Shown here one piece after another: positions 61,881 through 64,000 of a stretch of DNA of 64,000 bases (position 1 is the first letter of the stretch; the number at the start of each line of letters is the position of its first letter). The stretch spans positions 64,783 through 128,782 of the forward strand of contig CAZVKN010000001.1 of the NCBI GenBank assembly GCA_964627035.1, written 5' to 3'. The notes beneath the pieces are model-generated. The model had not been told where the DNA came from. It was given only the letters and a program-made list of their open reading frames with translations, and made no database searches. Source of the DNA: an uncultured bacterium. Its GTDB lineage: Bacteria; Electryoneota; AABM5-125-24; Hatepunaeales; Hatepunaeaceae. A program made the translations under genes and the position numbers.

Positions 61881-64000
61881 TTATTTCAATAACAATATTT
61901 TTTCAACTGAGGTAATATTCTCCTGCGAAACAGTTACAAAGTAAAGTCCGGAAGAAAGATTAGTGAGGGGGTTCCTACTGTCCAATTCAGTAGTATGAAC
62001 TCCGATAGCAAGATTCGCCAACTGTCTATTGTGTACCAATCGTCCGTTCAAGTCATAGATAAATATCTTTGCCCAATTTCCACTTAAAAGCTGAAACGTT
62101 ATCCGTGCAGAACTGTTAAACGGATTGGGATATACTTGAATCAGATCGTGTCTTTCCGGTATGCGAACAGGCGGTTCAATATATCCCGGTGAGCCGTATT
62201 CGTATGCTCCAATATCTACATAAGACAGTTCACCGGAGCCTGTGTTCTCAACCTCCGGGTTGTCCACTCTTCCACCGCTGTTAATATCAAATTCAGGATG
62301 ATTCGTTCCGTATCCGGCATCAATCAAAGGTGAGTCACCACGAAGATGAAAGTTATGACTCCATTGGTCAACAAAGTTTGCATTGGATCGCTGATTCCCT
62401 TCACCCGGATAAAGGGTATCGGCTTGTATCAAACAGTAGTTGACATCAATTGAACCCTCGTGTATAATGCGAACGTTACTGTCGTTTCTCCAAAGTACTG
62501 AATTGAAGATACGTGGCGGGGCATCCGGCGCCTCATCGTGTAAAACATCGAGCCCCAATTTACTAAACGCCAATACATTATTGTATAGGATAACCCCTTC
62601 AACATTTGCTAACGACACCGCCGTACTGCAGCCGGTTATAATGTTGTTTGCAATGTATATGTCTGAGAAACCTGACGTAATTGTGATCCCGGTATCGCCT
62701 GCATCATATATTTTGTTCCCCGAGATGACGCCGCTATGAACCCAGTCCATATCTATACCGTCATCCCAACCACAGTAGAATTCGCATCCAGTGATCTCCA
62801 CATAATCTGTTTGAAAGAAATCAAGAATATCAGAAGATTCTACAACAAATGACGCATTTGAAAATTTACTGTTTCTGATGAATACCTCACCACCTTCATA
62901 AGTAAAAATCATCTCTGTCTCGAAATGATCCATAACAACGCTATTTATACGCATCGTAACATCAGTACCCTTGACACCCCACCTTCCGTTCGCAAGGTGA
63001 CTGTTCGAGATGTTCACCGTGCAGTGAGATGCGTCCAGAATTTCGTATGCGCCCTGAAAAACAGCAAAATCTATGTTAATGTCATCAGTCGGACCGAGTG
63101 CTTCAATCATCCGCCACTTATGATTCGGGTTTAATCTGGTAAACGTCACAGAATCACGAACAGCTCCTTCGATGCTCAAACCTCCTTCAACTATGATTTT
63201 CTGCCACGGTCCAATACCGACTAATACTCCTGCTTCAACGGTCAAAACAGCCTCAGAGGCAATAGTTATCGTTTCAGGAACAGTGTACGGACTGCCTTCC
63301 AACGTCCATGTTGTGGACTCTTCTATCGTACCGGTTACAATAGTACCGTCGTCAAATCCGTTTCGTGGTGTGTTGAATGCTGAAAACCATTGAAAGCTGC
63401 GCAGCCAGGTTCCATTGGGTCCGTATGCCCTTACACGATAGTAATGCCGGATTCCCCCCTCCATTTGATCGTAAACCATGCTTGTATCTTCATATTCATC
63501 TATGCGCACATAAGTATCAGGAATAAAAAGTGAGTCGGTTCCGATATAGATGGAATAAGTTACCTCACCATCTCTTGGGGTAGTGGCATCGTTCCAGGAA
63601 AGGTACATACCATTCGGAGTCGGTACTGCTTCATTCAGTGCAAACGGCGTAGGACCGTTTGCAAACAAATTCAACAGGTTCTCACCCCTTTGACCTATCT
63701 GATCCGGTATCTCCCCCAACTCTTCCAGGAACTCTTCAACTGAATGCTCAATAAACGGATCAGCTTCAACCGCATCAGCGAGTATTGTCCCGATAGTGTC
63801 TATCATCGCTTCAAAATAGTCTGCTACAAAAACACGTTCGATAATATCTCTGAATTGCTCCATGATAAGCTCACGCATCTGCCCGTCGTTCCAACATCTC
63901 CAGTACAGTGCGTTCGTCCCCCTAATTGGATCACCACAATTGTAGTAGTCGGGTTGCAACCCTCGAGCAGCAAACCTGAAGGTCTTATCCATGTCCCAGG
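61881..64000 (-). CDS. Right-handed parallel beta-helix repeat protein with a T9SS C-terminal sorting domain (N-terminus may lie beyond the window)
   Basis: Repetitive beta-helix segments (NNIITGCSTAVSLANVEGVILYNNVLAFS); C-terminal YPNPFNSSARITF...GLYFVTVSQ sorting domain. The reading frame is open to the window edge. Confidence 0.7.
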   Translation of the reverse strand, partial: WDMDKTFRFAARGLQPDYYNCGDPIRGTNALYWRCWNDGQMRELIMEQFRDIIERVFVADYFEAMIDTIGTILADAVEADPFIEHSVEEFLEELGEIPDQIGQRGENLLNLFANGPTPFALNEAVPTPNGMYLSWNDATTPRDGEVTYSIYIGTDSLFIPDTYVRIDEYEDTSMVYDQMEGGIRHYYRVRAYGPNGTWLRSFQWFSAFNTPRNGFDDGTIVTGTIEESTTWTLEGSPYTVPETITIASEAVLTVEAGVLVGIGPWQKIIVEGGLSIEGAVRDSVTFTRLNPNHKWRMIEALGPTDDINIDFAVFQGAYEILDASHCTVNISNSHLANGRWGVKGTDVTMRINSVVMDHFETEMIFTYEGGEVFIRNSKFSNASFVVESSDILDFFQTDYVEITGCEFYCGWDDGIDMDWVHSGVISGNKIYDAGDTGITITSGFSDIYIANNIITGCSTAVSLANVEGVILYNNVLAFSKLGLDVLHDEAPDAPPRIFNSVLWRNDSNVRIIHEGSIDVNYCLIQADTLYPGEGNQRSNANFVDQWSHNFHLRGDSPLIDAGYGTNHPEFDINSGGRVDNPEVENTGSGELSYVDIGAYEYGSPGYIEPPVRIPERHDLIQVYPNPFNSSARITFQLLSGNWAKIFIYDLNGRLVHNRQLANLAIGVHTTELDSRNPLTNLSSGLYFVTVSQENITSVEKILLLK

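Overview
This 64 kb window is most likely a chromosomal segment from a Gram-negative (diderm) bacterium. It is gene-dense, about 45% GC, and nearly all ORFs run in long co-directional arrays with gaps of 0-30 nt. Diderm status is supported by LpxA, LolC/E, RseP and signal peptidase I. An FCB-superphylum-like lineage is suggested by five proteins ending in a type-A T9SS C-terminal sorting domain (YPNPFN motif).

Most of the window is housekeeping:
- replication and repair: uvrB 5' fragment, dnaE, ligA, mutM
- translation: dtd, efp, lysS, leuS, an rRNA pseudouridine synthase
- central metabolism: gcvH-gcvPA, accB-accC, dxr, pyrF, lpxA, glgC plus a phosphohexomutase, an aconitase-family protein, adenine deaminase, ggt
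- redox: a trxB, peroxiredoxin and cutA cluster
- envelope: lepB, lolC/E, rseP, then a TPR protein, a lipoprotein and three glycosyltransferases

I found no rRNA, tRNA or CRISPR, and nothing resembling a defence or toxin system.

The accessory content is the following:
- **T9SS cargo cluster.** Two tandem S8 subtilases and a hypothetical protein sit at 38.4-45.5 kb, a third S8 subtilase at 52.1-54.7 kb and a beta-helix protein at 61.9-64.0 kb. One S8 enzyme and the hypothetical protein share a roughly 300-aa uncharacterised module.
- **Palindromic repeat family.** At least six copies of a GTAGTCGTGGTTG-TCT-CAACCACGAC hairpin family (REP-like) lie in intergenic regions. They occur as one- or two-hairpin units, and the copies differ by compensatory base changes.
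- **MITE-like element.** A roughly 144-bp element bounded by terminal inverted repeats occurs twice. One copy is nested inside a REP-like unit. The other fills the whole intergenic region between the proline dehydrogenase stop and the uvrB start.
- **GatD-like protein.** An archaeal-type GatD-like asparaginase-family protein with no gatE nearby.
- **TRAP-like locus.** A tatT-dctP-dctQ-like set with no dctM.

I cannot point to one clearly novel system. The repeat and MITE family and the shared cargo module are the most distinctive signals. All calls rest on reading the translated ORFs and the sequence by eye; no database search was possible.
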